64,000 nt of DNA from Lysobacter sp. GTDB lineage: Bacteria > Pseudomonadota > Gammaproteobacteria > Xanthomonadales > Xanthomonadaceae. The position numbers and the translations under genes are program-made. The notes under the pieces are model-generated. The model was not told the origin of the DNA. It saw only the letters and a list, made by a program, of their open reading frames with translations, and did no database searches. This document shows, in pieces, positions 32,034 through 43,194 of this stretch. How positions within the stretch are numbered: position 1 is the first letter of the stretch; each line of letters begins with the position of its first letter. Location: positions 137-64,136 of the forward strand of contig JAKFCN010000045.1 of assembly GCA_036676625.1 (NCBI GenBank). The letters are read 5' to 3'.

Positions 32034-32833
32034 GCAAGCCACTCCCGCCAGGGCAGCGACGGGTCGCCCAGGGCGATGAAGTCGCCGTTGAGGATGGTGT
32101 CGCGCTGGTTGTAACGCAACGGCCGACCCGCCGGATCCATGACCGCGCCGCCTGCGGCTTCGAGCACGCATTGGCCGGCGCCGGTGTCCCATTCGCTGGT
32201 GGGCCCGAAGCGTGGATAGACGTCCATGCTGCCTTCGGCGAGGCGGCAGAACTTGAGCGAGGAGCCGATGCCGACCGGTTCGATTTCGCCCATGCGCTGC
32301 AGCACCGCCTCGGTGCGCGCGTCGCGATGCGAGCGGCTGGCGGCCACCCGCAACGGCGCGGTCGCCGGCACCCGGGTGTGGATCGCGATGTCGCCGGCCC
32401 CCTCGCGCCGGAACGCGCCGCGCCCGCGCTGGCCGTGCCACAACGCGCCGGTCACCGGGGCCTGCACCACGCCGAGCACCGGCTCGCCATCTTCGATCAG
32501 GGCGATGTTGACGGTGAACTCGCCATTGCGCTTGACGAACTCGCGGGTGCCGTCGAGCGGATCGACCAGCCACATCCGCGGCCATTGCCGCCGCAACAGC
32601 GACGGCACTTCCCCGGCGGACTCCTCGGACAACACCGGGATGCCGGGCGAAAGCCGCTCCAGGCCCTCGACGATGCATCGATGCGAGGCGAGGTCCGCGG
32701 CTGTCAGCGGCGAGTCGTCGGCCTTGCGTTCGACCGCGAATTCCCCGCCGTAGACCACCAGGATCGCGGCGGCCGCGTCCTGCGCCAGCGCGATGATGCC
32801 CTCGCGCAGACGGTCCCGCTCGGCAGCCGCCAT
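32030..32833 (-). CDS. cysQ: 3'(2'),5'-bisphosphate nucleotidase
   Basis: SPLTAAD, LSEE, VDPLDGTREF and WDTGAG motifs; start approximate. Confidence 0.93.
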   Translation of the reverse strand: MAAAERDRLREGIIALAQDAAAAILVVYGGEFAVERKADDSPLTAADLASHRCIVEGLERLSPGIPVLSEESAGEVPSLLRRQWPRMWLVDPLDGTREFVKRNGEFTVNIALIEDGEPVLGVVQAPVTGALWHGQRGRGAFRREGAGDIAIHTRVPATAPLRVAASRSHRDARTEAVLQRMGEIEPVGIGSSLKFCRLAEGSMDVYPRFGPTSEWDTGAGQCVLEAAGGAVMDPAGRPLRYNQRDTILNGDFIALGDPSLPWREWLA

Positions 32834-32834
32834 C

Positions 32835-33386
32835 TCACTCGCCCGCATGGCGCAACCACTCCCGGGTCATGAACAGCGCCGCGACCGCGCGGCCTTCCGA
32901 GAACTCCTCGCGCAGCACCAGTTCGTGCAGCGCATCGAGCTTCCACGGCACCAGTTCCAGCGCCTCGGGCTCGTCGCCCGGCAGCCGCTGCGGATACAGG
33001 TCGCGCGCGACCACCACGTGCGCCTGGTGGCTCATGTAGCGCGGGGACAGCGTCAGCATGCGCAACAGGTGCAGCGAGCGCGCGGCGTAGCCGGCTTCCT
33101 CCTGCAGCTCGCGGTTGGCCGCATGCAGCGGGGCCTCGCCGGCATCGATCTTGCCCTCGACCAGGCCCAGCTCGTAGCGGTGCAGCCCGGCAGCGTACTC
33201 GCGCACCAGCAGCACGGTGTCGTCGTCGAGCAGCGGCACCACGATCACGGCGCCGTGGCCGCGGCCATGCAGGCGTTCGTACTGGCGGCGCTCGCCGTTG
33301 CTGAACTCCAGGTCCAGGCGTTCCATCCGGTAAGGCCCGGACTCGTGTTCGGTGACGCCATGGATGGTGGGCAGGCGGCGTGTCAT
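32835..33386 (-). CDS. nudE: ADP compounds hydrolase (Nudix)
   Basis: LEFSNG, REYAAG and Nudix box ANRELQEEAG; adjacent to cysQ. Confidence 0.9.
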   Translation of the reverse strand: MTRRLPTIHGVTEHESGPYRMERLDLEFSNGERRQYERLHGRGHGAVIVVPLLDDDTVLLVREYAAGLHRYELGLVEGKIDAGEAPLHAANRELQEEAGYAARSLHLLRMLTLSPRYMSHQAHVVVARDLYPQRLPGDEPEALELVPWKLDALHELVLREEFSEGRAVAALFMTREWLRHAGE

Positions 33387-33445
33387 CGCGATCCGGCGAA
33401 TGCGGGGATAATGCGCGGATGCAGGAAGACGCAGGCCATGCCGAC

Positions 33446-34855
33446 ATGATAAGGGCAACCGATGCGGAGCGCTGGCGTTCGCGCGACCTGGCGGTGCTCT
33501 GGCACCCGTGCACGCAGATGCGCGAACACCCGGACATCCTGCCGCTGGTGCCGATCGCCGGCGGCGACGGCGCCTGGCTGGTGGGCTACGACGGCCGTCG
33601 CTACCTCGACGCGGTGGCGAGCTGGTGGACCAACCTGTTCGGCCATGCCGAGCCGCGCATCGGCGCGGCCATCGCTGCGCAGGCGCGATCGCTGGAGCAG
33701 GTGATCCTCGCCGGGTTCTCGCACGCGCCGGCGGTGGAGCTCGCCGAGCGGCTGCTGGCCATCGCACCGCGTGAGCAGGGCCGCGAACCGTTGGCCAAGG
33801 TGTTCTACGCCGACAACGGTTCCGCCGGGGTCGAGGTCGCGCTGAAGATGGCGTTCCACTGGTTCCGCAATCGCGGCGAAGTCCGGCGCACGAAGTTCGT
33901 GGCGCTCGAGAACGGTTACCACGGCGAGACCCTCGGCGCGCTCGCGGTCGGCGATGTGCCGCTGTATCGCCGGGTGTATGCGCCGTTGCTGGCCGAATGC
34001 CTGTTCGCGCCGAGCCCGGACGCCTACCTCGGCGAGCCGGGGGAAACGCCGCAACAGTGCGCACGCCGCGCCGCGGACGCACTGGGCCTGCTGCTGGAAG
34101 CGCACGCCGGCGAAATCTGCGCGATGATCCTGGAGCCGCGGGTGCAGTGCGCCGGTGGCATGCGAATGCACGATCCGCTGTACCTGCGGCTCGCGCGCGA
34201 ATTGTGCGATGCGCACGGCGTGCTGATGATCGCCGACGAGATCGCGGTCGGCTTCGGCCGCACCGGGACCCTGTTCGCCTGCGAGCAGGCACCCGCCGAC
34301 GCTCGCGTGGGCGGTACGGTGGGCGTCCAGCCCGACCTGCTGTGCCTGTCCAAGGGCCTGACCGGCGGCTTCCTGCCGCTGGCCGCGGTGCTGGCCACGC
34401 AATCCGTCTACGACGGCTTCCTCGACGACTCGCGCGAACGTGCCTTCCTGCATTCGCACAGCTACACCGGCAACCCGCTGGCGTGCGCAGCCGCGCTGGC
34501 GGCGCTTTCCATCTTCGACAGCGACGACGTGCTCGCACGCAACCGGGGCACCGCCGCGCGCATGGCCGAGCTCGCCACGCCGCTGGCCGGCCACGCGCAC
34601 ATGGCCGACCTGCGACAGGCCGGGATGATCGTGGCGTTCGAGCTCACCCGCGGCGGCGACCGCCGCACCCCGTTCGACCCGGCACTGCGCGTCGGCCTGC
34701 GCGCCTACCGTGCCGCACTGGAGCGCGGGGTAGTGCTGCGGCCGCTCGGCGACATCCTCTACTGGATGCCGCCGTACTGCATCGACGAGGAACAACTGCA
34801 GCTGCTCGCGCGGGTCACCCGCGAAGCGATCGACGAGGCCACCGCATGCGCGTGA
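33446..34855 (+). CDS. bioA: Adenosylmethionine-8-amino-7-oxononanoate aminotransferase
   Basis: WHPCTQM, SWW, YHGET, DEIAVGFGRTG and SKGLTGG motifs; start approximate. Confidence 0.92.
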   Translation: MIRATDAERWRSRDLAVLWHPCTQMREHPDILPLVPIAGGDGAWLVGYDGRRYLDAVASWWTNLFGHAEPRIGAAIAAQARSLEQVILAGFSHAPAVELAERLLAIAPREQGREPLAKVFYADNGSAGVEVALKMAFHWFRNRGEVRRTKFVALENGYHGETLGALAVGDVPLYRRVYAPLLAECLFAPSPDAYLGEPGETPQQCARRAADALGLLLEAHAGEICAMILEPRVQCAGGMRMHDPLYLRLARELCDAHGVLMIADEIAVGFGRTGTLFACEQAPADARVGGTVGVQPDLLCLSKGLTGGFLPLAAVLATQSVYDGFLDDSRERAFLHSHSYTGNPLACAAALAALSIFDSDDVLARNRGTAARMAELATPLAGHAHMADLRQAGMIVAFELTRGGDRRTPFDPALRVGLRAYRAALERGVVLRPLGDILYWMPPYCIDEEQLQLLARVTREAIDEATACA

Positions 34856-35580
34856 CCCGGGTGCATGTCGACCTGCCGCTTGCCGTCGGCGGCAAGGTCG
34901 CATTGCCGGAGGAAGCGACCGCGCACCTGGTGCGTGTGTTGCGCCTGCAACCCGGCGATGCCTGCACCCTGTTCAACGGCGACGGCAACGACTACGAGGC
35001 TCGCCTGCTCGCCGCGGGCAAGCGCGGTGCGGAGGCGGAAGTGGTCGCGGTGCGCGCCGTCGGCAACGAGTCGCCGCTGCGGATCGTGCTGCTGCAGGGC
35101 ATCGCCCGCGGCGAGAAGATGGACTGGATCCTGCAGAAGGCGACCGAGCTTGGCGTTGCCGCCTTCGTGCCGGTGGAAAGCGAGCGCAGCGAAGTGCGGC
35201 TCGACGACGCACGCGCCGCGAAGCGGCTGGCGCACTGGCGCAGCGTGGTGGCTTCGGCCTGCGGCCAGGGCGGCCGAGCGCGGGTGCCCGAAGTGCAGGC
35301 GCCGCAACCGCTGGCGTCGGCACTCGCGCGACGGCCGGATGCCGTGCCGCGATTCCTGCTCGATCCGACCGCGCACGAGTCGATCGCCACGATGATGCCG
35401 CTTGTGGATGGATGCGTGCTGGCGGTGGGACCGGAAGGCGGCTGGTCGCCGCGCGACCGCGAACAATTGCGCGCCGCAGGCTTCGACGGCCTGCGACTGG
35501 GACCGCGCATCCTGCGCACCGAGACCGCCGGCATCGCCGCGATCGCCGCGCTGCAGTCCCGCTTCGGCGACCTGGCGTAG
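34846..35580 (+). CDS. rsmE: 16S rRNA U1498 methyltransferase
   Basis: HLVRVLRL, QKATELG, GPEGG and LGPRILRTETA motifs. Confidence 0.95.
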   Translation: MRVTRVHVDLPLAVGGKVALPEEATAHLVRVLRLQPGDACTLFNGDGNDYEARLLAAGKRGAEAEVVAVRAVGNESPLRIVLLQGIARGEKMDWILQKATELGVAAFVPVESERSEVRLDDARAAKRLAHWRSVVASACGQGGRARVPEVQAPQPLASALARRPDAVPRFLLDPTAHESIATMMPLVDGCVLAVGPEGGWSPRDREQLRAAGFDGLRLGPRILRTETAGIAAIAALQSRFGDLA

Positions 35581-35585
35581 GAACG

Positions 35586-36068
35586 CTACGCGGCTTGCTG
35601 CAGGCTCTCGCCGATCATCCGTTCGACCAGCGCCAGGTCCGGCACCAGTGCATCGTCCTGATTGAGGGTGACCCGTGCCTGCACGCCGTTGGGCAGCAGC
35701 GAACGCTCGGTCTCCTCGGTCACCAGCGCAGCCGCGGACACCGTCACCAGGCGCGGGAAGCCCTGGGTCAGGACCGCGAAGAACGGCGCCTTGGGGTCGC
35801 CGCCCAGCGCCTTCAGCACGATCACCTTGCTGCCGAGGCCGCCCTTCTCCTCCGCGATCCCGGCCAGGCGCGAAAACGCCACCAGCGGCAGCTGCCAGCC
35901 ACGCCAGCGGATGCGTCCGAGCAGCCAGGCAGGCGCGCCCGCGATTGGTTCCGGATCGGCGAACGACAGCACCTCGGCGATGGTCGCGTTGGGCAACAGC
36001 AGGCGCGAACCCGCGATCTGGATCAGCACGCCTCGGATATCGGCCTGGACGGCCATGGTCTTGCTCAT
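35586..36068 (-). CDS. chpC: CheW-like protein ChpC
   Basis: LLLPNATIAEV...WLLGRIRWRG; last gene of the pil-chp cluster. Confidence 0.85.
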   Translation of the reverse strand: MSKTMAVQADIRGVLIQIAGSRLLLPNATIAEVLSFADPEPIAGAPAWLLGRIRWRGWQLPLVAFSRLAGIAEEKGGLGSKVIVLKALGGDPKAPFFAVLTQGFPRLVTVSAAALVTEETERSLLPNGVQARVTLNQDDALVPDLALVERMIGESLQQAA

Positions 36069-37411
36069 CGCTCGCTCCTCAAGGGTTGCCAGCGCGCGGC
36101 CAGGCGGTTGGCGAGATCGGCCGGCGGGGCCGCGGCCGCGCCGGCGGCCGCCAACGCAGCAGGCGCCTCGCTGTCGAAGCATTCCTCCAGCGCCTGGGCC
36201 GCGACGAACGCACCGGCGTTGCCGGCAGCCAGCACTTCGGCCACCGAGGCCGGATCGCTGCCGCTCAACATCAGTACGGCGCTGTCCGCGGCCGGCAGGC
36301 CGGCAAGCACCGGAACCGGGCCGTCGGCGCCGACGAAGGCGGCACCGGTATCCGACTCCGTGGTCATGGCATCGGGGAGGATGTAGACGTGTCCGGGCGC
36401 GAGCCTGGCGCCGGCCTGCGCAAGTTCGACCGGGAGTGCGGTGGCGCGCTGCATCTGTCGCACCAGCCGGTCGTGGCGGCCGCCGTCGAGGCGCTGGCGC
36501 ACCACCACCGCGCGCGGGAAGCCCAGCGGAAGCGCTGACAGGAATTGCCGCACGGCATCGGGGCCGCCGATCCCGGCGAGCACGATCACGCCGCCCCTGC
36601 TTTCGGCGACCGCGGTTGCGTGGGCGGCGGCGGGCGGCGCGGGATCCGCGATCGCAGGCGCAGGCGACGCCTGCGCCTGCGGCTCCGGCAAGATCTCTTC
36701 CAGGGTCAGGTTCCCGAAGCTCGGTGACGGCGTCGATGCGGCACTGGGCGCCGGTACGACCGGTGCCGGTGCAACGGGTGCCTGCACCGGCGCTGCGGGA
36801 ACGGCCAGTGGCTCCCATTCGATGCCGTCGGCAAGGTTCGGCTCGCCGGCAGGCTCGACTTCCGGAGCGGCTTCGTCGTCCAGCGCCAGCGCCATTTTCA
36901 TTTCGTCGGTGAAGCCGCCGAAGTCGATTCCGCCCGTTGCCTGCGCCGACCGTTCGGTCCCGCCGGCCTCGACGCCGAGGTGGGACTCCGGATGGAGTTC
37001 CTCCCCCGGCCCTGCGGGCACGGGCACGGGTCGCATCGCCGGTTCCGCATCGGCTTCACCGCCGGGCGGCAGCACGTCGTGGTGGCTACCCAGCTTGGCG
37101 GCCAGGTGCCGCACCCAGCGCGCGGCGTCCCACCCTTCGCGCCTGGCTGCGATCGCGACCTCGTCGTAGATCACGATCCTGGCGGGATCCTGCAGGAGAT
37201 CCTGATAGCGGTCGAGCGCATCCTCGACGCTGGGCTCCAGCGCGACCAGCACCGCCCGCGGCGCCGACGCGGCCACGGTGCCCGCATCGCTGCTGGTGGG
37301 GTCGGCGACCAGCACGACCTCCGCGCCGGCTTCGCGCAGCGCCGCCTGCAGGTTGTCGCAGGCGGCGCCGGGTCGCGCGAGCAATGCGACCCGCATCGCC
37401 GGTTCAGCCAT
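36065..37411 (-). CDS. chpB: CheB-like protein ChpB with degenerate methylesterase domain
   Basis: Position between chpA and chpC; [10 protein letters not shown] and PGHVY remnants of the CheB fold. Confidence 0.78.
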   Translation of the reverse strand: MAEPAMRVALLARPGAACDNLQAALREAGAEVVLVADPTSSDAGTVAASAPRAVLVALEPSVEDALDRYQDLLQDPARIVIYDEVAIAARREGWDAARWVRHLAAKLGSHHDVLPPGGEADAEPAMRPVPVPAGPGEELHPESHLGVEAGGTERSAQATGGIDFGGFTDEMKMALALDDEAAPEVEPAGEPNLADGIEWEPLAVPAAPVQAPVAPAPVVPAPSAASTPSPSFGNLTLEEILPEPQAQASPAPAIADPAPPAAAHATAVAESRGGVIVLAGIGGPDAVRQFLSALPLGFPRAVVVRQRLDGGRHDRLVRQMQRATALPVELAQAGARLAPGHVYILPDAMTTESDTGAAFVGADGPVPVLAGLPAADSAVLMLSGSDPASVAEVLAAGNAGAFVAAQALEECFDSEAPAALAAAGAAAAPPADLANRLAARWQPLRSER

Positions 37412-40400
37412 CGCGCTGCTCCTGCGCCAGCAGCTCGAACACGTTGCGCAGCAGTTCGTGCTCCTGGTACGGCTTGCCCAGGTAGCGGTTGACCCCGAGC
37501 TCCATCGCGCGCTGGCGATGTTTCTCGCCGGTACGCGAAGTGATCATGATGATCGGCACGTCGCGCAGGCGCGGGTCCGCCTTCATCTCGGTCGCCAGCT
37601 CGTAGCCGTCCATCCGCGGCATCTCGATGTCGAGCAGCATCAGGTCGGGCACGCGCTCGACCATCCGTTCCAGCGCATCGATGCCGTCCTTCGCGGTGCC
37701 GACCTCGAAGTTGTGGCGCTCGAGCACGCGGCCGGTGACCTTGCGCATCGTCACCGAGTCGTCGACCACCATCACCAGCGGCACCTTGCGCGCTTCCACC
37801 GGGGCGACCGGCGTCACGTCGCGCGGCGCGGCAGCCTGGCGACGCACCAGCGGCGCGATGTCCAGGATCACCACCACGCTGCCGTCGCCCATGATGGTGG
37901 CGCCGAAGATGCCGGGCAGCGAGGCCACCTGCGGCCCCACCGGCTTGACCACGATTTCGCGGTTGCCCATCACCTGGTCGATGCACACGGCGGCGCGCAG
38001 GTCGCCGGAACGGATCAGCAGCAGCGGCATCTGCAGCTGGCCTTCGGCCTTGGCCGCGCCATGCCCGAGCAACAGGCCCAGGTCGTGCAGCGTGTATTCC
38101 TCGCCGCCGTAGCTGTAGCCCGCGCCTTCCTTCTCCATGTCCTCGCGCGAGATGCGGCCGACGCCGCGCACCGAGGCGATCGGTACCGCGAAGCTGGTCT
38201 CGCCGATGCGCACGAACACCGCCTGGGTGACCGCCAGCGTCTGCGGCAGGTGCAGGGTGAAGGTGGTGCCTTCGCCGCCCCTGGTGCGGATGTCGAAGGT
38301 GCCGCCCAGCTGGCGCACCTCGCTTGCGACCACGTCCATGCCGACACCGCGGCCGGCGAGGCGGCTGACTTCGTCCACCGTGGAGAAGCCCGGCTCGAAG
38401 ATCATCGCGTCCAGCGCGCTGTCGCTGAGCACCGTGCCCGGCTGCACCAGCCCGCGCTGCTCGGCGCGCTTGCGGATCGCCTTGCGGTTGAGGCCGGCGC
38501 CGTCGTCGCCGACTTCCAGCACCACTTCCGAACCTTCGCGGCGGACCGCGATGCGGACCGTGCCCTCTTCGTCCTTCTTCGCCTTGCGGCGATCTTCCGG
38601 CGACTCCAGGCCGTGGGCGACGGCATTGCGCAGCATGTGTTCCAGCGGCGCGGTCATGCGCTCAAGCACGTTGCGGTCGAGTTCGCCCTGGGCGCCTTCC
38701 AGCTTCAGCTGGACCTGCTTGCCGGTGTCGGTGGCGGCCTGGCGCAGTACCCGGCGCAGGCGCGGCACCAGTGCGTCGAACGGCACCATGCGCGTGCGCA
38801 TCAGGCCTTCCTGCAGGTCCGAGCTCACCCGCGACTGCTGCAGCAGCAGGGTCTCGTAGTGGCGGACCTGGTCGTCCATCGACTGCTGCAGGCTGCTCAG
38901 GTCGGCCGCGGACTCGGCCAGCGCGCGCGACAGCTGCTGCAGGGTGGAGAAGCGATCGAGCTCGAGCGGGTCGAAGGTCTGGTCGCCGGTGTCGTGCTCG
39001 CGCTGGTAGCGGGCGATGATCTGCGCTTCGGTCTCGCTGTCGAGGCGGCGCAGCTGGTCGCGCAGGCGGGCGTTGGTCTGCTCCATTTCGCCCATCGAGG
39101 TGCGGAACCCGCCCAGTTGCTGCTCCAGGCGGGCGCGGTAGATCGCGACCTCGCCGGCGTAATTGACCAGCCGGTCGAGCAGGTCGGCGCGGATGCGCAC
39201 CTGCTCCTGCGGCGCGCGCACGCTGGCATCGTCGTCGTCGTGGCCGGCGTCGCCGATCGGCGCGGACAGCGGCTTGAGGTCCACCTTCGGCGCGGGAACC
39301 GCAACCGTGGCGGGTCGCGGGGCGGCGTCTTGCGGTGCCAGGGTCTCGCCGCGCGAACGTGCGTCGAACTCGGCGATCAGGCGTTCCGGCAGGCCGATCG
39401 CGCGGCGTGCGCCGACCCGGGTGATCATCGCATGCAGGCGGTCGAGGCCGCGCTCCAGCAACGGGACGGCATCGCGTCCGAGTTCGACCCGCTGGTCCAC
39501 CACCGCTTCCAGGAGCGATTCCATGGCATGGCCGAGTTCGCCCACGGCCATGACGCCTGCCATGCGCGCGCCGCCCTTGAGCGTGTGCAGGTCGCGCTGC
39601 AGGCCGATCAGCGAGTCGCCCTCGCCCGGTGCGGCATGCAGTTGCGCCAGCAGCGCGTCGGAATGGTCGAGCAGGTCGACGCTTTCCTCGACGAAGATGT
39701 CGATGAGTTCGGGGTCGAGGCCGGTGAGGTCGAGCGGTGCGTCCGGATCCTCCACGCTGTCGTCGACGAACGACGGGGCAGGGTGTTCCGGCGACGGCGA
39801 TTGCTGCATCGCGGGCGCTTCGGCGGGCGCCTCGACCGGTTCTTCGACAGGCGTCTCGATGGCGGCGGCCTCGGCAGCGGCGGCCTGCTCGCGTGCAAGG
39901 CGTTCCTGTTCCGCGTATTCGGCTTCGAGGCGCGCATATTCGGCGGCTTCGTCCGCGGCGGCACGTTCGGCTTCGAGGCGTTCGGCTTCGAGACGTTCGG
40001 CTTCGAGGCGTTCGGCTTCGAGGCGTTCGGCTTCGGTACGTTGCGCCGCCAGGTGTTCGGCCTCGAGGCGTTCGGCGTCGCGCCGCTCTGCCTCGAGGAT
40101 CTGCGCTTCCAGTTCGGCAACGCCGGCATCGGCCGGTGCCGGCGCTTCCAGCGAGGCGTCATCCAGGCTCGCGGCCAGGTCGCCGAAGGCACTGAAGTCG
40201 ATCGCCGCCAGTTCCCGCGCCAGCGCATCGCCATCGTCGACCGGCCCCTGCGGTTCGACTTCCGCTTCGGGTTCGGCTTCCGGCTCGTGTTCCAGCGTCA
40301 CGCCCATTGCAGCGTATTCGTCCGCCGGGGCGATCTCGGGCAGGCTGTCGCGCAGCGCGACGAGGCGCGCGGCCAGCGCGTCGCAATTCGGCACGCGCGG

Positions 40401-43166
40401 CGACGGCGCATGCAGGGCGGCCACGGTGCCGCGCACGGCGTCGGCCAGCTGCGCCAACGCCGAGACGCCTTCCGGCGTGGCCAGGGCATGCGCGGCAACC
40501 ATGCGCTTGACGTAGGCCTCGGCCGGCGTCATCGCATCGGTGATGGCCGGGACTTCGGTCATCGCGAAGGCACCGTTCATGGTGTGGATGGCGCGCAGCA
40601 GGCCGTCGTCGCCCAACGAGGGCGCGGCGCGCGCAGCCAGCAGCCACTGGTCGACGGTGGCGAGGTGGCCGCTGATCTCGACGTCGAGGATCTCGAGCAG
40701 CACCTGGTCGACATTCGCCGGGGTGCCCGCGTCCTCCGCCGCCGGCACGTCCACCACGGTGTCCTCCAAGGCGGGCGGCGGCGCGGGTTCTGCCTCCGGC
40801 ACCTGCTCCGTAACGGGTTCGGGCAACACGGGTTCCGGCGTGCCTGCGGCAGCGTGGTAGAACGCCTCCTCACCGGCGGCGACGCGATCGGCCACGGCCT
40901 GGATGGCTCCGAGATCGGCGGCGATGGCGCCATCGCCGCGCAGTGCGGACAACAGCTGCGGCAATGTGGTGCAGGTCTGGTCGACCAGCGCCAACACCGC
41001 CGGACTCGCCGGACGCGACCCGTCGAGCACGCGGTTGAGCATGTTCTCGGTCTTCCACGCGAACTCGCCGAGCGTGCGCGCACCGACCAGGCGACCACTG
41101 CCCTTCAGGGTATGGAACACACGGCGGATCGGGCGCAGCCGTTCGAGATCGTCCGGCGCCTCGCGCCACTCGGGCAGCTGGCCGCGCAGGTTGGCGATCT
41201 CCTCTTCGAATTCCTCGAGGAAGATCTCGCGGATCTCGTCGTCGATCTCGTCGCCGGTGACTTCGAAGCCGCCGGCGCTGCCGGTGCCGACCGGTGCCGG
41301 CGCATGCGCCGGGACAACAGGCGCTGCCGGTGCAGGTGGCGGCATCGGGGGCGACGGCGCGAGCGTGCCGGCCGGTGCAGGCATGTCGCCAGCCGTCGGT
41401 TCCAGCGACATCGGCTCCATCGCCATCGGTTCCGGCGCGGTGGCTTCCGCCCCGGGTGCCTGCGGCTCGACGCCGGTCGCCACGGGCAACGGTTCGGCCG
41501 CCGGGATCGGCCAGTAGCCGAGTGCCTCCAGGCTGTTGCGTGCGATGTCGAGGATGTCGTCGCGGTTGCCGCGCTGCTCGCGCAACGCCTCCAGGTAATA
41601 CTCCAGGCTCGCCAGCGCGTCGGCGAGCGTGTCGAGCTGGCGTCCGCTGGGGACGCGATGGCGCCCGATCAGCTCGCGCTCGGTGTAGGCACGCACGCCG
41701 GCCAGGTACTGTGCGGGCTGCGGCAGGTCGAGCATCTGCAGTGCGCCGGCGACCTCGCCCAGCAGGCGCGGCACTTCGACCAGTTCGCCGTGCTCCCAAC
41801 CGGTCTCGACGAAGGCGACGAAGGCCTGGCGGGCATCGGCGAAGTTGGCGATGGCCTCGCGCGCCAGCACCTCGGTCACCTTGCGCGACTCGCTTGCGAG
41901 CAGGTCGTCGGTGCCCTCGGCGCCGGGGCCGCCCAGGCGGGCGACCTGTTCGTCCAGCGATGCATCCACGTACAGCAGCGCCGCGGCGATCTCCAGCAGC
42001 GCGCTTTCGTCGGCCTCGCGACTGCCGGCGAGGATCGCCTGCAGCGCGTCGCGCTGCTGCGTCACCAGCTTGCGCGCGCCATCCAGGCCGAGCATCCCGA
42101 GGGTGTCGGCGATGGTGCCCAGTGCGCCGGCCTGCGGCTGCAGCCCGGCCATGTCGGCCTGGCCGCTGCGCAGATGCAGGTCGAGCGCATCCTTGACCCG
42201 CAACAGGTCTTCCTTGATCGCGGTCGACACGGTGTCGAGCAGCGCGCGGTTGTGGCCGCTCAGGCTGCCCTGGGCATGCGCGAGCTCGGATTCGCTCGCC
42301 TGCAGGTCGAGGTCGAAGGTGTCGCGCAGGCTGCGCAGTGCGGGATGGTCGGCGCTGTTGCGCGCGACCTGGTAGAGCAGACGGCGCGCTGGCTCGAGCG
42401 CGGCATCGGCGCGTGCCGGAACCCCCGCGGCAGCGCCGGACCCGCGGCGTGCCTCGTCCGCGACCGCGGCGAAGGCCGCGCGCAATGCCTCGTCCGGCTG
42501 CAATGCGCCGTCGCGCAGGGCCGCCGCCACCGAGGACGCCACCCAGAACATGCGTCGCGCGCCCTCATCGTTGCCGGCGCCGGCAAGCAGGCCCTCGATC
42601 GCGGTCGCGAGCGCAGCAGGCTGCGCCGGCCACGCCACCAGCGCGGCCTCCATCTGCGCCAGCAAAGGCGTGGCATCGCCCGCCTGCGGCACACCGGCGC
42701 CGAAGGCATCCGGCAACGGCCGCTGCATGCCGGGCGAGAACAGCACGCTCTCGTCCAGTGCCGGCTCGCTACGCGCCGCGCGCAGGTCGTTCAACAGCGG
42801 CAGCAGCAACACCGGGATGTCCTTGTGCCCGCCCTGCAGGCGTTCGAGGTAGTCCGGCAACAACACGACGCCGCGCATCAACGTGGCGCAGGCATCCTCG
42901 CGGGCGGGCACGCCGCCGTCGCGCAGCGCTTCGGCGAGTCGTTCCATTTCCTCGGCGACCTTCGCCGGGGCATACAGCTCGACCATGCGCAGGGTGCCCT
43001 GCACTTCGTGGAACCGGTTCGCGCACACGCCCATACGGGCGGTGTCGGCAAGGTTCTCGGCGAACCCCTCGATCTCGATCCGCGCCTTGCGCAGGGTCTC
43101 GTCCAGCTCCGGCTTGATCCAGCCGAGCGTGGTGTAGTCGATCGCGTCGCGCAGCGCAGTCGTCAT
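37404..43166 (-). CDS. chpA: CheA-like hybrid kinase ChpA/PilL (Hpt domains, HATPase, CheW, receiver)
   Basis: FHTLKGSG and LHTLKGGA Hpt motifs; [10 protein letters not shown]; GRGVGMDVV; C-terminal receiver; 1920 aa. Confidence 0.95.
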   Translation of the reverse strand: MTTALRDAIDYTTLGWIKPELDETLRKARIEIEGFAENLADTARMGVCANRFHEVQGTLRMVELYAPAKVAEEMERLAEALRDGGVPAREDACATLMRGVVLLPDYLERLQGGHKDIPVLLLPLLNDLRAARSEPALDESVLFSPGMQRPLPDAFGAGVPQAGDATPLLAQMEAALVAWPAQPAALATAIEGLLAGAGNDEGARRMFWVASSVAAALRDGALQPDEALRAAFAAVADEARRGSGAAAGVPARADAALEPARRLLYQVARNSADHPALRSLRDTFDLDLQASESELAHAQGSLSGHNRALLDTVSTAIKEDLLRVKDALDLHLRSGQADMAGLQPQAGALGTIADTLGMLGLDGARKLVTQQRDALQAILAGSREADESALLEIAAALLYVDASLDEQVARLGGPGAEGTDDLLASESRKVTEVLAREAIANFADARQAFVAFVETGWEHGELVEVPRLLGEVAGALQMLDLPQPAQYLAGVRAYTERELIGRHRVPSGRQLDTLADALASLEYYLEALREQRGNRDDILDIARNSLEALGYWPIPAAEPLPVATGVEPQAPGAEATAPEPMAMEPMSLEPTAGDMPAPAGTLAPSPPMPPPAPAAPVVPAHAPAPVGTGSAGGFEVTGDEIDDEIREIFLEEFEEEIANLRGQLPEWREAPDDLERLRPIRRVFHTLKGSGRLVGARTLGEFAWKTENMLNRVLDGSRPASPAVLALVDQTCTTLPQLLSALRGDGAIAADLGAIQAVADRVAAGEEAFYHAAAGTPEPVLPEPVTEQVPEAEPAPPPALEDTVVDVPAAEDAGTPANVDQVLLEILDVEISGHLATVDQWLLAARAAPSLGDDGLLRAIHTMNGAFAMTEVPAITDAMTPAEAYVKRMVAAHALATPEGVSALAQLADAVRGTVAALHAPSPRVPNCDALAARLVALRDSLPEIAPADEYAAMGVTLEHEPEAEPEAEVEPQGPVDDGDALARELAAIDFSAFGDLAASLDDASLEAPAPADAGVAELEAQILEAERRDAERLEAEHLAAQRTEAERLEAERLEAERLEAERLEAERAAADEAAEYARLEAEYAEQERLAREQAAAAEAAAIETPVEEPVEAPAEAPAMQQSPSPEHPAPSFVDDSVEDPDAPLDLTGLDPELIDIFVEESVDLLDHSDALLAQLHAAPGEGDSLIGLQRDLHTLKGGARMAGVMAVGELGHAMESLLEAVVDQRVELGRDAVPLLERGLDRLHAMITRVGARRAIGLPERLIAEFDARSRGETLAPQDAAPRPATVAVPAPKVDLKPLSAPIGDAGHDDDDASVRAPQEQVRIRADLLDRLVNYAGEVAIYRARLEQQLGGFRTSMGEMEQTNARLRDQLRRLDSETEAQIIARYQREHDTGDQTFDPLELDRFSTLQQLSRALAESAADLSSLQQSMDDQVRHYETLLLQQSRVSSDLQEGLMRTRMVPFDALVPRLRRVLRQAATDTGKQVQLKLEGAQGELDRNVLERMTAPLEHMLRNAVAHGLESPEDRRKAKKDEEGTVRIAVRREGSEVVLEVGDDGAGLNRKAIRKRAEQRGLVQPGTVLSDSALDAMIFEPGFSTVDEVSRLAGRGVGMDVVASEVRQLGGTFDIRTRGGEGTTFTLHLPQTLAVTQAVFVRIGETSFAVPIASVRGVGRISREDMEKEGAGYSYGGEEYTLHDLGLLLGHGAAKAEGQLQMPLLLIRSGDLRAAVCIDQVMGNREIVVKPVGPQVASLPGIFGATIMGDGSVVVILDIAPLVRRQAAAPRDVTPVAPVEARKVPLVMVVDDSVTMRKVTGRVLERHNFEVGTAKDGIDALERMVERVPDLMLLDIEMPRMDGYELATEMKADPRLRDVPIIMITSRTGEKHRQRAMELGVNRYLGKPYQEHELLRNVFELLAQEQRDG
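39964..40098 (-). repeat. In-frame 15-bp tandem repeat (about 9 units) in a chpA linker, encoding EAERL repeats
   Basis: cgttcggcttcgagg units on the plus strand: four near-perfect copies, then degenerate ones. Confidence 0.92.
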
Positions 43167-43194
43167 CGTGCGGCTCTGTCCGGTCCCGACCGAC

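Noticed and set aside
31185-33386. mazG and Nudix genes as a possible anti-phage or toxin-antitoxin module
   Set aside because: Full-length two-domain housekeeping MazG in a nudE-cysQ-mazG context; no toxin, antitoxin or mobile-element signature nearby
33446-34855. bioA separated from other biotin genes
   Set aside because: Split biotin pathways are common, and nothing else here suggests a different role
39964-40098. Possible CRISPR-like array
   Set aside because: Units are contiguous 15-mers with no spacers, in frame within chpA, and no cas genes are present
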